From: Candidatus Eiseniibacteriota bacterium
GTDB taxonomy: Bacteria > Eisenbacteria > RBG-16-71-46
DNA: 64,000 nt
NCBI GenBank assembly: GCA_963725865.1
Contig: CAVSAC010000012.1
Coordinates: forward strand, 256,001-320,000
Direction of reading: 5' to 3'
Shown: piece after piece, positions 60,490-64,000 of the stretch
Layout of the letters: each line of letters starts with the position of its first letter
How positions within the stretch are numbered: position 1 is the stretch's first letter
Position numbers and translations under genes: made by a program
The notes under the pieces: generated by a model
Seen by the model: the letters and a program-made list of their open reading frames with translations, nothing else
Told to the model about the DNA's origin: nothing
The model's database searches: none

Positions 60490-63216
60490 ATGCTACGTCG
60501 CCAAGCTCGCTGGGCAGGCTGGCTCGCGCTCACAGCCGCCGCGCTGCAATGCCCCGTCCAATGGGCGGCCGCCACCCCGAGGTATCCGAGCTGCCCGGAC
60601 TTCCCGGGGCCGCAGTCGATCGTGCAACCGGTCCCGAACGACGCCCGCTCACGAATGCTCGATTCGTTGGAGCGCGCGGCATCCCCTGTGTCCGGACTCG
60701 GGGCGGCGAGCGCGGGCGATGAGAACTGGACCCCCATCAACCTCGTCGGATACAGCGCCGCGAGCCTGATCGTGGACAGCCGCCGCGACCGCCTCATTGC
60801 CTACGCGGGCGAGAATGGATCGACTCAGTTCTCCGGGTCGGCGTGGACGAGGCCCCTGTCGGACGAAGGCGCCTGGACGCTCATCGATGCACAGGGACCG
60901 GGCCCGGTCGGGCGGATGGATCACGCCGCGGTCTACGATCCGGTGCGGGATCGCATGCTCGTCTATGCGGGATGGTCCTACGAGCCCGTTTCCGCAAGTG
61001 CGGTTTGGGCCCTCGAGCTCAGCGGAACGCCGCGCTGGTCGCAGCTCACGCCCGCTGGCTCGGGGCCGGGCTACCGCGTCGGCACGCACGCCGCATACGA
61101 TCCCGCGGGGGATCGCATGATCGTGTTCGGCGGACATGCCGTCGATCGGGTCGCCGAGGACTCGTCGCTCTGGGCGCTCAACCTCTCAGGCACTCCGTCG
61201 TGGGAGAAGCTCTCGCCGACCGGGGTGATCCCGCCGCCGCGTGAGGACGGTGTGCTGTTCCCGGATCCGCGGCGTCATCGGATGATCCTGTTCGGCGGTT
61301 GCCCCGGGTATTTCGGACTCGGGGCATTGAACGACGTCTGGGAGTTGTCGCTCGGGGACTCCGTGGCGTGGCGGCGACTGACGCCAGGTGGCGAGATCGT
61401 CCCGGGGCGCCGCGAGTTCGCCGCGGCGTACGATCCTGTCGGCGACCAGCTGCTCGTGTTCTCGGGACGCGACAGTTCGAGGAACGACCCGCCACAGCCC
61501 GAGGCGTGGGCGCTCCGCTTCCGCGACTCACTCGCGTGGGTCCGGATCGTCGCGCCCGATCCGGTTCCCGGCCCGCGCTACTTCTCACGCGCCACGTTCG
61601 ATTCGTCACGGAATCGGATGGTGCTCTTTGGCGGAGCGGGGGCCGGGGACGAGACCTGGGTCCTGTCACTTGCGGACGGTCCTGCGTGGACACGGCTCGA
61701 GGCGGGCGATCCCGATCCTGCGGTCGCACGCTACCTTCTGTCCGCAGTCTGCGACTCGTCGCGACGGCGCATCCTCGTCTACGGTGGCGAGTCCATGTAC
61801 ACGCGCACCATCGAGTACGAGTACACCACCTATGCCGACCTGTGGAGCCTGAGCCTCGAGCCGCACCCGCGCTGGGAGCGGTTGGCCCGCGACTCGGCGC
61901 CGGCGGCGCGCCACGGACACAGCGCCGTCATCGATCCGGTCGGGGATCGCATGATCGTGTTCGGCGGCAGCGGCTACCCCGGACCTCCCACCGTCGCGGG
62001 GCTCTGGCAACTCCCGCTCGCTCCCGGACAGCCGTGGAGCCTCCTCGGGGCCGACGGCATGCCGCCCGACGATCGCTACTTGCACTCCGCCATCTACGAT
62101 TCCCGGCGCCACCGCATGATCATTCACGGTGGCGTGAGCGCGGCGGGTATCCGTGATGACACCTGGGCGCTGGAGTTGGAGGGTCGGCCCAGCTGGACGC
62201 GGCTGGCGCCGCTCGGGGACTGGCCTTCCGCGCGCTGGGGCCACAGTGCGGTGTACGACCCGGTGGGCGATCGCATGATCGTCTTCGGGGGTTCGACCGC
62301 GACGTCCGCCACGAACGAGACGTGGCAGCTCACGTTCGATCCAGAGCCCCGTTGGTCGCCGTTCGCGAGCGCGGAGCTCCCGTCCCCCCGACGGATGGCG
62401 GCCATGGTGTATGACGCGCTGAGGCAGCGCGTCGTGATGTTCGGCGGCCAGGCCGCGAACACGGGTTCGCTCGCAGACACGTGGATACTCCCGCTCGGGG
62501 ACAGCACGGGTTGGAGGCCGGCGACCTACTCCGCCGGAATTCCGAACGCACGCTGGGGAGCGGCCGCGGTATACGACGATCGCAAGGATCGCGTCGTCCT
62601 CCTCGGCGGTGCTCGCAATGCCTGCGGCGACGGCATGCTCAGTCCCTGGACGATGACGTCTGCCGTGCCCGTGGTGACCGCGCTCACGCTGGCGGCGGTG
62701 GAGTCGCACCCGTGGCACGTGGTTCTCACCTGGCGTGCGCCCATCGGGAGTGAATTCGCGGCCGCTGTGGAGCGACGCACGGCTTCCACCGACTGGACGT
62801 ATGTCGCCACCCTTCATCCCGACGCGTCCGGGACGCTCCGCTTCGAGGACGAGACCGCGCAGCCTGCAAGTCAGTATGCCTATCGACTTGCGTGGACCAC
62901 GGCGGGGACGGCGTACACCTCGTCCGAGACGTGGGTCACCGTCCCGCCGCTTCGGCTCGCGCTCGTCGGCGCGGCTCCCAACCCATCGCCGCGCGGACTC
63001 GCGATCGCATTCTCGTTGCCGGACGCCGCGCCGGCGCGGCTCGAGGTCTTCGACCTGTTCGGGCGGCGCGTGGCCGCGCGCGACGTAGGAACGCTGGGAG
63101 CGGGGGATCATGTCCTCGGGCTCGACGCGTCGAAGTCGCTCCGATCGGGCATCTACCTGATCCGGCTCCAACGCGGCAGCACGTCCCTGACGACGCGAGC
63201 CTGCGTGATCCGGTAG
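60490..63216 (+). CDS. Secreted Kelch-repeat (beta-propeller) protein with FN3-like plus FlgD/T9SS-A-like CTD
   Basis: Signal peptide; about 12 repeats of R-x-x-H-S-A-V-Y-D-P...RMIVFGG...W-x-L...P-x-W; CTD LHPDASGTLRFED...AAPNP...FDLFGRR...GIYLIRL. Confidence 0.88.
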   Translation: MLRRQARWAGWLALTAAALQCPVQWAAATPRYPSCPDFPGPQSIVQPVPNDARSRMLDSLERAASPVSGLGAASAGDENWTPINLVGYSAASLIVDSRRDRLIAYAGENGSTQFSGSAWTRPLSDEGAWTLIDAQGPGPVGRMDHAAVYDPVRDRMLVYAGWSYEPVSASAVWALELSGTPRWSQLTPAGSGPGYRVGTHAAYDPAGDRMIVFGGHAVDRVAEDSSLWALNLSGTPSWEKLSPTGVIPPPREDGVLFPDPRRHRMILFGGCPGYFGLGALNDVWELSLGDSVAWRRLTPGGEIVPGRREFAAAYDPVGDQLLVFSGRDSSRNDPPQPEAWALRFRDSLAWVRIVAPDPVPGPRYFSRATFDSSRNRMVLFGGAGAGDETWVLSLADGPAWTRLEAGDPDPAVARYLLSAVCDSSRRRILVYGGESMYTRTIEYEYTTYADLWSLSLEPHPRWERLARDSAPAARHGHSAVIDPVGDRMIVFGGSGYPGPPTVAGLWQLPLAPGQPWSLLGADGMPPDDRYLHSAIYDSRRHRMIIHGGVSAAGIRDDTWALELEGRPSWTRLAPLGDWPSARWGHSAVYDPVGDRMIVFGGSTATSATNETWQLTFDPEPRWSPFASAELPSPRRMAAMVYDALRQRVVMFGGQAANTGSLADTWILPLGDSTGWRPATYSAGIPNARWGAAAVYDDRKDRVVLLGGARNACGDGMLSPWTMTSAVPVVTALTLAAVESHPWHVVLTWRAPIGSEFAAAVERRTASTDWTYVATLHPDASGTLRFEDETAQPASQYAYRLAWTTAGTAYTSSETWVTVPPLRLALVGAAPNPSPRGLAIAFSLPDAAPARLEVFDLFGRRVAARDVGTLGAGDHVLGLDASKSLRSGIYLIRLQRGSTSLTTRACVIR

Positions 63217-63288
63217 CCGCTGCGCAGCGCCGCCGCGGGCCACGCGAAGTCGTGGCGCGGGCCACGCGACGGGTTCACAACTGTGCCC

Positions 63289-63317
63289 TTGACGCATCGC
63301 GCCGCGTGAAGCATGTT
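63289..63317 (+). promoter_or_regulatory. Possible sigma-70 promoter for the riboswitch-btuB leader
   Basis: TTGACG-N17-CATGTT immediately upstream of the riboswitch. Confidence 0.45.
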
Positions 63318-63328
63318 GCGCGCGACAT

Positions 63329-63489
63329 CTTCCGGGTGCCCGCACGTCGTGGGTTGAAAGGGAAGAGGGGTGAAAGTCCCCCACGGTCCCGCCACTGTGA
63401 AGGCCCCCAGGATCCTCAGCACGCCACTGGCCCATCGGCTGGGAAGGCGGGGATCCGCACGGTCCTGAGTCAGGAAACCTGCCCGGAAG
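63329..63489 (+). ncRNA. Cobalamin riboswitch
   Basis: GGTGCC...AAAGGGAA...GGTGAAAGTCC...CCCGCCACTGT...GCCACTG...GGGAAGGC...AGTCAGGAAACCTGCC, closed by CTTCCGGG/CCCGGAAG; lies upstream of a TonB-dependent receptor. Confidence 0.95.
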
Positions 63490-63609
63490 CCATGCCCGCA
63501 CGCTCCGCGAGAGAGCGTCCCGGGTGCGCACGGCGTCCGCTGCGGGCCCGGCCTCCCGAGATCCTCTCTCGCGAAGCCGGGCCTTCTCGATCGAAGCGCG
63601 AAAGACGCC

Positions 63610-64000
63610 GTGATCGGAATCACCCTGCTGCTCCTGAGTCTCGCCACCCCGGCGACCGCGACCGCGGCCGCGCGGGACACCGTCTATGCGCTCCCCGAGG
63701 TGCGCGTGGACCGTGACCGCTCGCGTCTCGACGGCGCGGTGCGCCGGCGCCCCACGGGCTTCGTCACCGAGCTTCCGGTCGGCCACTCGGGGCGCGCGTT
63801 CGAGACCATCTCCGACGTGATGGCGGCCGCGGTCGGGGTGCGCGTGGTGCAGTACGGCGGGCTCGGCGCGTACAGCACCGTCTCGCTGCGCGGCGCGCCG
63901 GCGGGGCAGGTCGCGGTCTTCCTCGACGGGGCGCCGATCACCTCGGCCGCGCACGGCGTCGTCAATCTCGCCGACCTGCCGCTCAGCGCGCTCGAGCGCG
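63610..64000 (+). CDS. btuB: TonB-dependent receptor, BtuB-like; runs off the window end
   Basis: Signal peptide, then plug domain GVRVVQYGGLGAYSTVSLRG...QVAVFLDGAP...NLADLP; cobalamin riboswitch upstream. Confidence 0.82.
   Translation, partial: MIGITLLLLSLATPATATAAARDTVYALPEVRVDRDRSRLDGAVRRRPTGFVTELPVGHSGRAFETISDVMAAAVGVRVVQYGGLGAYSTVSLRGAPAGQVAVFLDGAPITSAAHGVVNLADLPLSALER

Overview
High-GC bacterial window from a diderm organism. About ten secreted proteins end in an FlgD-Ig/T9SS-type-A-like C-terminal domain (CTD), which suggests an FCB-related lineage such as Ca. Eisenbacteria (inference only). Ordinary content: modABC with an HTH-TOBE regulator and a divergent anion porin, glpD-glpK, an S9 peptidase, an FdhF/YdeP molybdoenzyme, an aldo/keto reductase, a TetR-HlyD-ABC efflux operon with two palindromic operators, an MFS transporter, a renalase-like oxidoreductase, an acyl-CoA dehydrogenase, fabI, two tandem KimA-like permeases, a family-5 UDG, trmO/tsaA, and a cobalamin riboswitch ahead of a BtuB-like receptor. 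Three things stand out. (1) A 16.5-kb tandem array of six FG-GAP-repeat genes (25981-42505, minus strand). Their bodies are divergent, but their ~550-bp 3' ends are near-identical, and a repeated linker carries a hairpin and a sigma-54-type promoter. This looks like a recombination-prone cassette system with variable passengers and a constant secretion tail. (2) A small ORF after modC that is absent from the ORF track. It has an in-frame UGA followed by a bacterial-SECIS-like hairpin, so it is a candidate membrane-anchored micro-selenoprotein. (3) A lower-GC accessory patch (~46650-51720) bounded by a decapitated CTD gene and a duplicated ydcF-like 3' end. Scattered single-base frameshifts, including some in housekeeping-type genes, suggest long-read consensus errors. 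All calls are by eye; no searches were run.
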